Assembly: GCA_963827685.1 (NCBI GenBank)
Contig: CAWHBU010000003.1
Location: forward strand, 640,001 to 704,000
Source: an uncultured delta proteobacterium
GTDB taxonomy: Bacteria; Desulfobacterota; BSN033; UBA1163
DNA length: 64,000 nt
Reading direction: 5' to 3'
How positions within the stretch are numbered: position 1 is the first letter of the stretch; each line of letters begins with the position of its first letter. The notes beneath the pieces were generated by a model that did no database searches, had not been told where the DNA came from, and saw nothing but the letters and a program-made list of their open reading frames with translations. Shown here piece after piece: positions 8,973-18,534 of the stretch. The position numbers and the translations under genes are program-made.

Positions 8973-10099
8973 CTCTTCTTCTCCTTCTTTTTCTTGAAGA
9001 GTTCCTCCAACGATTGCAGCCCCTCGACAAATCCCTTTTCTCCCTTTAGGGTGCCTTGAAGAGCCTCTTCACCCACCACCTTAATCGGAATTCCCAGAGC
9101 CTGTGCAAGAGAGATCGCGACCTGAGTCAAAAACGTCTCCTGAAGGTTGAACTGAGGGTCCTCCATATTGCCTTTCACATGAAATTTAACTTTGATCTGA
9201 TGTCCTTTCTTCTCCAATAAAGAGACCAGGGCCTCCGCTGGAATCCAAAGGACCATTCCCCCTCCTTCTTTGACATGGAGATTGATCAGATCGAGCCCCC
9301 CAGGGGCATCGATCCTCTTCTCTTTCAGAGCAATTTTGGAATCCACATCCATAGTACCGGACTCAATCTCTGCGGTCACCCTTTTGCGATAGTAGGGTTC
9401 AAAGGTCTTGACCTCTATTTCTCGAACCTTCAGGGAAGTTTCCATGTCCATGGTTTTTGCATCTATCCATCCTTTTATATCAATGGTCCCTTCCTGAATC
9501 TTCCCCTTCATCTTTGCTTTTAATTGGACGGGAGAATGTGCAGAGGCAATGGGGTATTCAATATTCCTTATTTCAAAATATATGTCTCTCAATTCGATTT
9601 GGGCGGGAGGGTCTCCCACTTTTCTATCTTCAAAATCGACGGAGCCTTTCTGGATTTGAATTCGATCGATCTGAATTTGAATGGGCTCTCCTTTCTTCTT
9701 CTCTACCTCTTCAGAAATCCCTTTCTCTTCACTTTCTTTTTCTATTCTTATCCACGGACAAATGAGGTGCCCCTCTCGAGATCGATAGAAGAAAAAGGAT
9801 GGCTGGAGGATGGTAAATTTCTTGATGTGTAAAGATTTTTTCAGAAGAGAGAGGAGAGAAGGATAAATCCTCATCTCTTCGATCCGAAGGAATCTTTGTT
9901 TTAAATGAGGGTCCTCATATTGAATTCCCTTTGCGGAGAGGCAGGTGGCCTTGAACCTCACCTCCTCCAGGGTAAATCCAAGCCCCATCGCCTTTTGAAG
10001 GCGGGGCTGAATCAATTTCACGGCGTAAAAGGAAAGGATGAAATACCCCCCGATCAATAGGACTACAAGAATTCCAATCAGGATGAACCATTTCTTCAT
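8969..10099 (-). CDS. DUF748/AsmA-like membrane-anchored beta-rich protein
   Basis: N-terminal TM; IDRIQIQKGSVDFEDR and VKGNMEDPQF patterns. Confidence 0.7.
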   Translation of the reverse strand: MKKWFILIGILVVLLIGGYFILSFYAVKLIQPRLQKAMGLGFTLEEVRFKATCLSAKGIQYEDPHLKQRFLRIEEMRIYPSLLSLLKKSLHIKKFTILQPSFFFYRSREGHLICPWIRIEKESEEKGISEEVEKKKGEPIQIQIDRIQIQKGSVDFEDRKVGDPPAQIELRDIYFEIRNIEYPIASAHSPVQLKAKMKGKIQEGTIDIKGWIDAKTMDMETSLKVREIEVKTFEPYYRKRVTAEIESGTMDVDSKIALKEKRIDAPGGLDLINLHVKEGGGMVLWIPAEALVSLLEKKGHQIKVKFHVKGNMEDPQFNLQETFLTQVAISLAQALGIPIKVVGEEALQGTLKGEKGFVEGLQSLEELFKKKKEKKR

Positions 10100-10776
10100 C
10101 CCTTCACCTCCTCTTCCGCAACTTCCTTATAGCCAAAGGGAGTGATGGTGGCAAAATAGAATGGCGGTCCGACTTCCTCCCCTTCAGCAGACCTTTTCTT
10201 GAGAAAGGACTTGCAGAGGGTGAGAAGTTGATCAAGGGGGAATCCGCCCTGATGCTGAACCTCCAACCTCCTCTCCATGGATAGGGATCGGGGAACAACA
10301 ATGATCTGAAAGGTCGGGATGGCTTTTATAGAAATCCTCTCTCCCTCGCTGCTAAAGAGATGGAGATGATAGGGTTGAGCACGATCCCTGAAGGAATATC
10401 CAGCTAAGATAAGATAAACCTCATTGAGAGGAGCAGCCTCTTCGGATGCCCCATCGGGTGTCGGAGGTGAGAAAGAATGCTGCATCCCCCGCTGTCCCAA
10501 CCATTTTCCATATTGATCGGTGAAAAAGGATAAAGCCATGCTGACGATATCCTCAATCGCCTCCGTTCCCTGCCTCTGAAGAAAATTCTGAAAAGCTAAA
10601 CTCATTTCCACTCCTATTCCCGCCCCAGCGCTCAACATGGCGGCGTGGGAGTTCAGCCGGAGAAGCTTCTTCAGACTGAAATGCCTCATCTCTCCTGTTT
10701 CGTCAAACCAGGTCGCCCGGCTATCGGTTGCTAACACAATTCCTTCATGGGTGGAACAAGCAATGACTTGAGTCAT
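10096..10776 (-). CDS. Proteasome-beta-like N-terminal-threonine (Ntn) hydrolase
   Basis: M-T start followed by GIVLATDSRAT, a Lys near position 33 and a C-terminal VGPP motif. Confidence 0.6.
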   Translation of the reverse strand: MTQVIACSTHEGIVLATDSRATWFDETGEMRHFSLKKLLRLNSHAAMLSAGAGIGVEMSLAFQNFLQRQGTEAIEDIVSMALSFFTDQYGKWLGQRGMQHSFSPPTPDGASEEAAPLNEVYLILAGYSFRDRAQPYHLHLFSSEGERISIKAIPTFQIIVVPRSLSMERRLEVQHQGGFPLDQLLTLCKSFLKKRSAEGEEVGPPFYFATITPFGYKEVAEEEVKG

Positions 10777-10786
10777 AACCTTCCAT

Positions 10787-10881
10787 TGCGGAATGCAGAA
10801 TGCGGAATGCGGAACACGAAACCTAAATTCATATCTCTAATTTTTATTTTATTCCGAAATCCGCAATCCGAAATCCACATT
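10787..10881. repeat. Inverted heptamer arrays (TGCGGAA)n ... (ATCCGCA/ATCCGAA)n, no gene between
   Basis: TGCGGAA TGCAGAA TGCGGAA TGCGGAA from 10787; ATTCCGAAATCCGCAATCCGAAATCC from 10851. Confidence 0.75.
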
Positions 10882-10885
10882 TGGA

Positions 10886-12028
10886 CTACGGTTTTGCAAT
10901 CAAAGAGACTTCCTTCGATTTCTTCTCATAAGCCACTGCCAGCAGGCTAAAGATCGACTTGGTTACCAATTGAAATAGGAAGGGATTGGGTTGAATTGGA
11001 TTGAGAGGTTTTTCGAGATCCATCGCTACAGACAGGGAAATTTTTGCCTCCTCTTCTCTTCCCAGCTTGAGGAGAACATAAGCCATCTCCTCCAACCTTC
11101 GCTGATAAAGAAATTTCCTCTGTCCTGAAAAAAGGTCCATCAATGCCTTTTGATAGATCCCCTGGAATCGCACTTCCTTCTGAGCTGGGTTGAGAACGAT
11201 CTTCGACTCCTCTGCCTCCCAGACTTCATCCGCATAGGGCTGGATTTGTTCTTCCTCAATCCTCCAACCGGAAAAGATATCTGCTTTAAGAAGGTCTCCC
11301 CCCTTCCTTAACATCCGGTCGTCTCCTGCAATGGCACCGGCTTGAAGATGGGAATAGATTAATGGTTTCGCATAATCTTTCTTGATATTTTCTATCTCCC
11401 GTTTCGCACGGAGATAGTCCTGCGGAGGGTTTGGTTTCTTTTCAAGGCTTAATTGATAAGCTTGTGTGAAGAGAAAGGCAACATAAGAAGGTTCGATCTC
11501 AACAATTGGAAATGGATTTTTTTCTTTGAATTCTTCAAAGAAACTCCTGAACCCCTTCCTGGTCATCTCCTCCCGGGAGAAATCAACGATCCCCTCGCCA
11601 TCACTGACAACTCCGCGCATGACCGTTAAACCTCGCCCTGGACGAGGGACGATGAGCCACAAAAGCCGGTACCCAAGAAAATCAATCCCGCTCGCTAACC
11701 CTTCTTTGGGATCCTCCTGTAAAGGACGAAGAATGGGTTTCACTTTATCAGATAGGATCTCCTCAACAGCAATTCCTTTGCCCTTCAGTCGGTAAAGGGA
11801 TCGCTTGATGATTTTTCGAACCTTCTTGTCCCGGGTCACTTCAAACATTCGATGGAGAAGTCTGCCGATCACCCTATCGGGAATGGTGACCATTAACTCA
11901 GCCAATCTTCCGGCGGTTTGCGGGTCTTTTCCCAACAGAGGGAGGAGAGATTGAAAGATTTCCTCTTCTGATTTTCCATTTGAAATATCAGTTCTTATCT
12001 GTTCAATGAGAGTCTGAATGTCTTCCAT
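10886..12028 (-). CDS. Hypothetical helical protein (start moved to MEDIQ)
   Basis: Long ORF with GAGG SD before ATG 12028; no function recognised. Confidence 0.7.
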   Translation of the reverse strand: MEDIQTLIEQIRTDISNGKSEEEIFQSLLPLLGKDPQTAGRLAELMVTIPDRVIGRLLHRMFEVTRDKKVRKIIKRSLYRLKGKGIAVEEILSDKVKPILRPLQEDPKEGLASGIDFLGYRLLWLIVPRPGRGLTVMRGVVSDGEGIVDFSREEMTRKGFRSFFEEFKEKNPFPIVEIEPSYVAFLFTQAYQLSLEKKPNPPQDYLRAKREIENIKKDYAKPLIYSHLQAGAIAGDDRMLRKGGDLLKADIFSGWRIEEEQIQPYADEVWEAEESKIVLNPAQKEVRFQGIYQKALMDLFSGQRKFLYQRRLEEMAYVLLKLGREEEAKISLSVAMDLEKPLNPIQPNPFLFQLVTKSIFSLLAVAYEKKSKEVSLIAKP

Positions 12029-12075
12029 TTTACCTCTGTACTTTTTCCGCAAACAAAAAATCCCCTCTCCCCCAG

Positions 12076-12362
12076 GAGACTGTGTCGCAATGGTGACTAC
12101 GCAAAAAGATGAATCCTCCCATGTGAGAGAATGCAAGATTGATGGGGGACAGGCGACTGGCTGAGGAAGCTTTAGACCTGCCTGCGCGAAGCCGCTTCGG
12201 CGAAGGCAGGGCGGAACTTTGATCGTGTAAATTCATACGCAAATACTTCATGAAGACATCATTTCTGATGACAAGAATGATTGACCATGCCTTTCAAAAA
12301 TCCGCAATTCTAAAGCTTCCGAAGCTGGTCACCTGCCCCCACCGCGATTGCGACTCAGTCTC
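12076..12362. mobile_element. Non-autonomous IS-like element with 16-bp TIRs, nested in a CCCTCTCCC/GGGGAGGG palindrome
   Basis: GAGACTGTGTCGCAAT versus reverse complement GAGACTGAGTCGCAAT (15/16); internal CCTGCC..GGCAGG palindrome; no transposase. Confidence 0.65.
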
Positions 12363-13316
12363 TCAAGGGGGAGGGATTAGATGGGGTGCTGCGCCAATGA
12401 CTGTAAATCGAATAGTCAAGAGCATGGTCATGGAAAGATTCACAAAAAAGGTATTTCGACAGATGAGTTCAAGTTTTTGCGTATTGTGATAATTCCCTTT
12501 CCAGACGTGGGCAAGATTCCATAGGATAAGAAACGTTGGAACTCCCGAAAGAGCAAGGAGCCAGAGTGGAGTATGCCCCAAACCCCACATCATTTTGATA
12601 AAGGAGAATCCCGTCAATATGGAGAACCCGATGTAGAGATCTCCCATCCTCTCTTTCCCAAACCGGACGACGAGGTTCTTTTTTCCAACGGCCCGATCTG
12701 CTTCTTCATCAGGAAACTCGTTGATTAAGATCACATTGAAGATGGAAAGCCCAACAGGGATTGAGAGCAGTAAGATCTGTGGACTGAAGAATCCCGTGAA
12801 GAGAAAAAAACCAGTGGCAATAGGCAACCATCCATAACAGAAACCAATGAGAATCTCTCCTAAACCATGATAGGACCATCGAATCGGTTTGCTTGAATAA
12901 AAAAATCCAAAAAAGATGCCCAGACCTCCTAGCAAAAGGGTTCGAAGATCGGTCTGATATTGGAGATAGATATAGATACCAATGAGGATCGCTCCTGCCA
13001 GACATCCATATCCCAAAAGAAGTGACACCCAGGCGGGAAGGATCTCTGTGACCAAAACCCTCGATCCCCCTGAAAACCGGTTAAAATTATGATTGATACG
13101 ATCCCCTTCCAGATCGTTCCATTCCCCCAGGTAATAGGTCATCCACATGATGAGGATGGCCGCCGCTGTAGAAAGCAGATAGAGTCCGAAGGGTCCTCTG
13201 TAACCCCAGCGCCATGCCAAGATAAATCCTAATATCAATGGGAGAATGCCCACGGAAAGAAAAGGAATCCGTGAGAGCCTCCACCAGGCTAATAGATAAG
13301 AACCCAATTTCTTCAA
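12363..13316 (-). CDS. menA: UbiA-family prenyltransferase, MenA-like
   Basis: EWNDLEGD..FSGGSR; NEFPDEEADRAVGKKNLVVR; multiple TM segments. Confidence 0.75.
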   Translation of the reverse strand: MKKLGSYLLAWWRLSRIPFLSVGILPLILGFILAWRWGYRGPFGLYLLSTAAAILIMWMTYYLGEWNDLEGDRINHNFNRFSGGSRVLVTEILPAWVSLLLGYGCLAGAILIGIYIYLQYQTDLRTLLLGGLGIFFGFFYSSKPIRWSYHGLGEILIGFCYGWLPIATGFFLFTGFFSPQILLLSIPVGLSIFNVILINEFPDEEADRAVGKKNLVVRFGKERMGDLYIGFSILTGFSFIKMMWGLGHTPLWLLALSGVPTFLILWNLAHVWKGNYHNTQKLELICRNTFFVNLSMTMLLTIRFTVIGAAPHLIPPP

Positions 13317-13337
13317 TATGATCCCTTCTCTTACAAT

Positions 13338-13370
13338 CAGTAGGCAGAAGGCAGTATGCAGAAAGCAGCA
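13338..13370. repeat. Heptamer array (CAGWAGG)n, 3' arm of four-helix-bundle cassette 1
   Basis: CAGTAGG CAGAAGG CAGTATG CAGAAAG CAGCA abutting the stop codon. Confidence 0.85.
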
Positions 13371-13742
13371 TTATAAGATTTCAAATTTCTCCGGGGTTGA
13401 CATCATACTACCTAACATCTTGCCGATTTCTTCATATCCTTTTGCAAGTTTTTCATAAGATTCTCGTGACAAATAACCACAATCTAAAGAAAAATCAAGC
13501 CAAACCTGCGTCTCGGTTGCCTCTGCGTCAGAATCAGATAATTTATTAACAAACATATTACGATAACGTCTTTTCCGAAAGGCTTCTGCAATATTTGTGG
13601 CCACACTTCGTGACGAACGACGTATTTGATCGGTTAAGGAGTATCTTTCTTCTATAGGAAATGTTTTAGACTCATTGAATATTTCCATCGCCAATTTATA
13701 AGCCAACTGATATACCTTTAAATCCTTATGGCCTTGTAGCAT
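13371..13742 (-). CDS. Four-helix-bundle protein (23S rRNA IVS protein / bAvd-like family)
   Basis: KDLKVYQ.A..FP.EERYSLTDQIRRSSRSV..NIAE; EA.ETQVWLDF..DCGYL. Confidence 0.92.
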   Translation of the reverse strand: MLQGHKDLKVYQLAYKLAMEIFNESKTFPIEERYSLTDQIRRSSRSVATNIAEAFRKRRYRNMFVNKLSDSDAEATETQVWLDFSLDCGYLSRESYEKLAKGYEEIGKMLGSMMSTPEKFEIL

Positions 13743-13776
13743 TTCCCCTCCATTCTGCCATCCCCCTTCTATTTTT

Positions 13777-16700
13777 TTACCGCCTACTGCCTACTGCTTT
13801 CTGCCTTCTGCCTTCTATTTTATCGCACCACTCTCTCGCATTTTGAAACATTTGAATCCATGGGGATTCCTTGACCCCATCGTTCAGATAACCAGGTAGC
13901 CATGCCCATTGCCATTTCAGAAACGATCGCTCCGGATGCGGCATCATGGCCAGATGTCGTCCATCGGGCGAACAAAGTCCCGTCATGCCGAGAGGTGATC
14001 CGTTCGGATTAAAAGGATAGCTTTTTGAAATCTTCCCGTCCGCCCGGCCCTCATCGTCCACGAAGACCACCGGAACAAGTTTTTGGTTGATCACCTCGTC
14101 CATCAGTGTTGGGTCTGGGAAGTAAAGCTTGCCTTCTCCGTGAGCTACCCAAATCCCGAGTGTCGAATCGGCCATGCCTTTGAACATGATCGCCGGACTT
14201 TCTAAAATCTTAACGGTCACCCAGCGAGATTCAAAACGCCCGGACACATTCTGAACGAACCTGGGTTGCCTGTTGTCAGAGATCCCCAACCAGGGAACCC
14301 ATCCGAGGAGCGCGAAGAGTTGGCAACCGTTGCACACACCCAAAGAAAATGTATCGGGCCGATGATAAAAATCGTCAAACGTTTTTCTCAGCCTTTCATT
14401 AAATCTGATCGCTGCCGCCCACCCTTTGGCGCTTTCCGGAACATCGGCGTAAGAGAATCCCCCCACAGCAACCAGTCCTCTGAAACGGTCCAACGTCATT
14501 CGCCCACTGATCAGATCGGTCATCGTCACGTCCCACGGGCTGAAACCCGCCTGATAAAAGGCAGAGGTCATCTCGCGGTCACCATTGCTTCCCTCCTCCC
14601 GGAGAATGGCAACTTCCGGTTTGTCTTTGACTTCGAGAAGATGTGCCGGTGTCGGTTTAGTTTTAAAGGGAATGATATAGCTTGGACCTTTGCGGTCGAA
14701 GATATTCTTTCGCTCCTCATCGGCACATTGGGAGTTCATTTGAAGACGCTCGATTTGATAGGATGTTTCTTCCCACCATCCGCGGAGAACACACATGCTC
14801 GATTCAAGAACCTTCTGCGAATTGTGGGTTACAAGAATCTTCTTCTCTTCTGTTGTCTCCCCGATCACGGTCGAGGGGAGGCGAAAAGAATCAAGAATTC
14901 CCAAGACCTTACGAACGTCACTCACACGGCACTCGATGACGGCCCCTAACTCTTCAGCAAAAAGTCTTTCGATGGGGCTCCACGGACCCTCCGTTCGGAT
15001 TCTCAAACCACAGTTTCCGGCAAAGGCCATTTCGAGAAACGTCGTGATGATGCCTCCATCGCTGATGTCGTGTCCTGCGAGAATTAAATTCTCCGATATT
15101 AACTTTTGGATGGCATGGAATACACGTTTAAGCATTTCGGGATCATCCACGTCAGGAGATTCGTTTCCGACTTGCCCGTAAACCTGCGCTAGAGCCGAAC
15201 CTCCGAGCCGGGCCTTTTGCTTGGCCATTTCAATGAAGATGAGCTGGCTGTGCCCTGGGTTTTTGATATCAGGAGTGACCACCTTCGTGATATCGGGCAT
15301 TGTCGCGTAAACAGAAATAACAAGCTCACGGGGAGATTTTACCACTTCATCTCCCACGCGAGTCGCCATGGAAAGACTATCTTTTCCGCCGTCCACCGCA
15401 ATCCCCAACTGGATCATGAGATCCCGCATCGCGCAAACCGCATCGTAAAGGGCCGCCCCTTCGCCGGGAAGTTTCGGTGCCCACATCCAGTTGGCCGAGC
15501 ACTTGATGTCTTGCAAGCGATTGATTTGGGCCCACACGATATTGGTCAGCGCCTCTCCAACGGCCATCCGGGCACCCGCCTTTGGATTGACAAGCATCTT
15601 GATCGGTTGCTCGCCAACCGAAGTGGCTGCTCCCGTTAAACCGAAATGGCTCTGAGCGATCACAGCCACATCGCCAACCGTGAGTTGATGCGGACCACAA
15701 CATTGCTGTCGCGCAATCAAACCGGTAACACTTCGATCCACCTTATTGGTAAGGAATCTCTTTGAACCGACGGCCAGGTTGCGAAGCACACGGGACAACG
15801 CCTCTTCCACTGACAAACCGTCCGGCAATTGAAGAGGTGTGAGTGAAGATTCCATCCTCTCATCCTTGAACGTTTTCTGGGGCATGTTGCCCAGAACCTT
15901 CGCAAGATTGAGATTGACAGGCGTTGAATCATCTTTCTCATCGTGCACAACGAAGCGACTATCTCCTGTCACTCCTCCGAGGATTTCGCAATTGACTTTT
16001 TCCCTTTCGCAGATGGATTTGAATTCCTCCATTCTCTCAGGGTCAATCAAGAAACCGCATCGCTCCTGGTATTCGGCAATCCAAATCTTGAGTGCCGATA
16101 AGGTCGGATCGCCAAGTTTTATACGCCTCAGCTCGATTTTGCCTCCGGCTTTTTCGACAAGCTCCTTAAGAACATTGGCAGGTCCGCCAGCTCCTTGATC
16201 GTGGACACTGACAATAGGATTGTTTTCTCTCATTTCAATGCAAGCCCGGATCACGCGGTTCATCTTTTGTTCCATCTCCGCATCGCCGCGCTGGACAGCA
16301 TTGAAATCGAGCTCTTCTTCATTCTCCCCTTGAAGCTTACTGGAAGCCGAACCCCCTCCAACACCAATGCCATAAGCGGGGCCACCTACTTGAACAATCA
16401 GCATCCCTTTTTTTGCCTCATCCTTCTCAACATGTCTGGCATCGATTTGTCCGATGCCGCCTGTGAACATAATCGGCTTGATCCATCCCCAACGTTCGCC
16501 ACTGGGAAGCTTTTGGTCGAAAGACCTTGTAAAACCAACAATAACGGGCTCGCCGAACTTATTGCCATAATCGCTGGCCCCGTCGCTTGCCCTGATTTCA
16601 ATGGTGAGAGGAGAAGCCAGACTCGATAGATATACAGAACTCTTATCTTCCCAAGGCAGATCGTAGCCGGGGATAAGTAAGTTAGCTACACAGTACGCTG

Positions 16701-17628
16701 CTGTTCCCGCAACCACCAGACCCCCTTTTCCCGTCGCCTGGACATCGCGAATCCGTCCGCCCGTGCCTGTTTCAGCACCGGGGAAAGGAGCCACTCCGGT
16801 GGGAAAATTGTGCGTCTCCGCAGTAAAAATGATATGGTACTGTACCTTCTGCTTCTTGAAAGACGCTGGTTTCCCGGGTTGTTCGGGGAGAATCGTCCAG
16901 CAGTCATATCCTTTAATACCGCTCGAATTGTCCTTGAACGCGATGATGCTGTTTGATGGATTCGCTTTTAAAGTCGACTTGACGATATCCATAAGCGTTT
17001 CTGGCATCACGACACCGTCGATCATCTGCTTCCCTTTGAAATAGCCGTGCCGCGAGTGCTCGCTGTTGGCGTTATCCAGATCCCTTATCTCAACGATCGT
17101 AGGATTTCTTCCTTCTTCCTTGACAAAGTAATGATAGTAGAGATTTCTGTCCCACTCATCCATTGCAAGACCCGGTATTTCCAAAAGAGCGTTCGGGCCC
17201 TTTTCTAACATAGGAATCTCAAAAACAGGCTCCGGCAGGATTCCGGTTTCGAAAGTCTTCAAAGGTTGATCGTACAAGCATTCAGTCATTCGATCATGAT
17301 GTTCCCGAATAAAGCGGCCCATATCCACCTCTGGCGAAAGGAGATATCGCCGGGAACGTTCGATGCGAGTCACCTTTTCGAGCCCGCAGGTTTGGCAAAT
17401 GGCGACGATATTTGTTGAATAGGCTGTCGCAAAATTCATTCGCGGACCCAGTTCCACCACATCGCGTCCCTCAGGGTTGATCGGATTCGCAGATAGAGTT
17501 TCCGATACAAAGCCGTCGGCCAAGAGCTGCCTTAAAATCGAAAGCTCATTAGAATTCAAAGGGGCGGACGTGTCTACATTGAAGCAGTATTGCAGTGTCC
17601 CATTTCTGCGCAAGAAAAAGTGCAACAT
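13777..17628 (-). CDS. purL: Large single-chain FGAM synthase
   Basis: NSEHSRH, ETHNFPT, HDQGAGG, GGKDSLSM; glutaminase GVCNGCQL and MMPHPER; 1283 aa. Confidence 0.96.
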   Translation of the reverse strand: MLHFFLRRNGTLQYCFNVDTSAPLNSNELSILRQLLADGFVSETLSANPINPEGRDVVELGPRMNFATAYSTNIVAICQTCGLEKVTRIERSRRYLLSPEVDMGRFIREHHDRMTECLYDQPLKTFETGILPEPVFEIPMLEKGPNALLEIPGLAMDEWDRNLYYHYFVKEEGRNPTIVEIRDLDNANSEHSRHGYFKGKQMIDGVVMPETLMDIVKSTLKANPSNSIIAFKDNSSGIKGYDCWTILPEQPGKPASFKKQKVQYHIIFTAETHNFPTGVAPFPGAETGTGGRIRDVQATGKGGLVVAGTAAYCVANLLIPGYDLPWEDKSSVYLSSLASPLTIEIRASDGASDYGNKFGEPVIVGFTRSFDQKLPSGERWGWIKPIMFTGGIGQIDARHVEKDEAKKGMLIVQVGGPAYGIGVGGGSASSKLQGENEEELDFNAVQRGDAEMEQKMNRVIRACIEMRENNPIVSVHDQGAGGPANVLKELVEKAGGKIELRRIKLGDPTLSALKIWIAEYQERCGFLIDPERMEEFKSICEREKVNCEILGGVTGDSRFVVHDEKDDSTPVNLNLAKVLGNMPQKTFKDERMESSLTPLQLPDGLSVEEALSRVLRNLAVGSKRFLTNKVDRSVTGLIARQQCCGPHQLTVGDVAVIAQSHFGLTGAATSVGEQPIKMLVNPKAGARMAVGEALTNIVWAQINRLQDIKCSANWMWAPKLPGEGAALYDAVCAMRDLMIQLGIAVDGGKDSLSMATRVGDEVVKSPRELVISVYATMPDITKVVTPDIKNPGHSQLIFIEMAKQKARLGGSALAQVYGQVGNESPDVDDPEMLKRVFHAIQKLISENLILAGHDISDGGIITTFLEMAFAGNCGLRIRTEGPWSPIERLFAEELGAVIECRVSDVRKVLGILDSFRLPSTVIGETTEEKKILVTHNSQKVLESSMCVLRGWWEETSYQIERLQMNSQCADEERKNIFDRKGPSYIIPFKTKPTPAHLLEVKDKPEVAILREEGSNGDREMTSAFYQAGFSPWDVTMTDLISGRMTLDRFRGLVAVGGFSYADVPESAKGWAAAIRFNERLRKTFDDFYHRPDTFSLGVCNGCQLFALLGWVPWLGISDNRQPRFVQNVSGRFESRWVTVKILESPAIMFKGMADSTLGIWVAHGEGKLYFPDPTLMDEVINQKLVPVVFVDDEGRADGKISKSYPFNPNGSPLGMTGLCSPDGRHLAMMPHPERSFLKWQWAWLPGYLNDGVKESPWIQMFQNAREWCDKIEGRRQKAVGSRR
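13783..13817. repeat. Heptamer array (CCTWCTG)n, 5' arm of cassette 1, encoding the purL C-terminal tail
   Basis: CCTACTG CCTACTG CTTTCTG CCTTCTG CCTTCTA; units are reverse complements of those at 13338-13370. Confidence 0.85.
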
Positions 17629-17642
17629 CCCTGTCCTCCTTC

Positions 17643-18308
17643 TTAGTAAAAAAGTCTTTTAGGCGTACCGCTTTTGTAAAAGACCTGCCCATCTTTGAGG
17701 TAAATATGCCGATGGACGACCAGGTTCAAAATATGGCTTTGCCAAGCGCGTTCTTTTTCGTTAACTCTTTTGGCCAGTGTCTCGGCATCATCATCAGGTC
17801 TGATCAGTACCGGCATTTGGAAGATAATGGGACCATTATCATAGCCGACGTCGTCAACAAAATGCATCGTCACTGCGCTCTGAATTATTTCACCGCGATG
17901 ATAAGCTGCCATGACGGCTTCGTGTACATAATGCCCGTACATCCCTGTTCCTCCAAACCGTGGCAGTGGTCCCGGATGTATGTTGACTGTTTTCGCAGGG
18001 TCGAGTCCTCTTACAAACTTCAACCACCCGGAGCACATGACAAAGTCGGGCTGGTATTTGTCAACGAATGCCCGGTAACCTTTGGCATCAAAGGGTCCGG
18101 ACCAATACTCAAAAGGAATATGAAGGGCGTCCGCTCTCCTACGTACTCCCCCATTTTGATGGTTAGAAATGACTCCGATGATTTGAGCGTCAAGGACCGG
18201 CGGATTGGTTCGGGAAAACTCGACCAATTCTTGAAAACCAGAGCCTCCACCTTTGGGATCGCCACTCGCAAAAACTAAAACCCTGACGGCTCCGCCGTTT
18301 GACTCCAT
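17643..18308 (-). CDS. purN: Phosphoribosylglycinamide formyltransferase (start moved to MESNG)
   Basis: VFASG..GSG, NIHPGPLP.FGG.GMYG..VH, HFVD..YD.GPII.Q; AGGAG SD before ATG 18308. Confidence 0.88.
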   Translation of the reverse strand: MESNGGAVRVLVFASGDPKGGGSGFQELVEFSRTNPPVLDAQIIGVISNHQNGGVRRRADALHIPFEYWSGPFDAKGYRAFVDKYQPDFVMCSGWLKFVRGLDPAKTVNIHPGPLPRFGGTGMYGHYVHEAVMAAYHRGEIIQSAVTMHFVDDVGYDNGPIIFQMPVLIRPDDDAETLAKRVNEKERAWQSHILNLVVHRHIYLKDGQVFYKSGTPKRLFY

Positions 18309-18534
18309 CTCTATCTCCTGATTTAGGAATTTGGATTTTATTACCGTCACACCTGAAAACCCCATTCTGTGGACGGGGTTCTTTATTACTATCAACTCAC
18401 CTTTCTGATGTTTCAAGAATAAGAGGACTGACTCCCCATCTTCATATGCAGAGTAAATCATTTGTAAAAAAAGTCAATAAGGAAAATCCGGCTTGTCCTC
18501 CCCCACCTTTTCATTTTCTACTCCGGCGGTTTGG

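Noticed and set aside
13371-13742. Diversity-generating retroelement (Avd-like gene)
   Set aside because: No reverse transcriptase or TR/VR pair was seen in the window.
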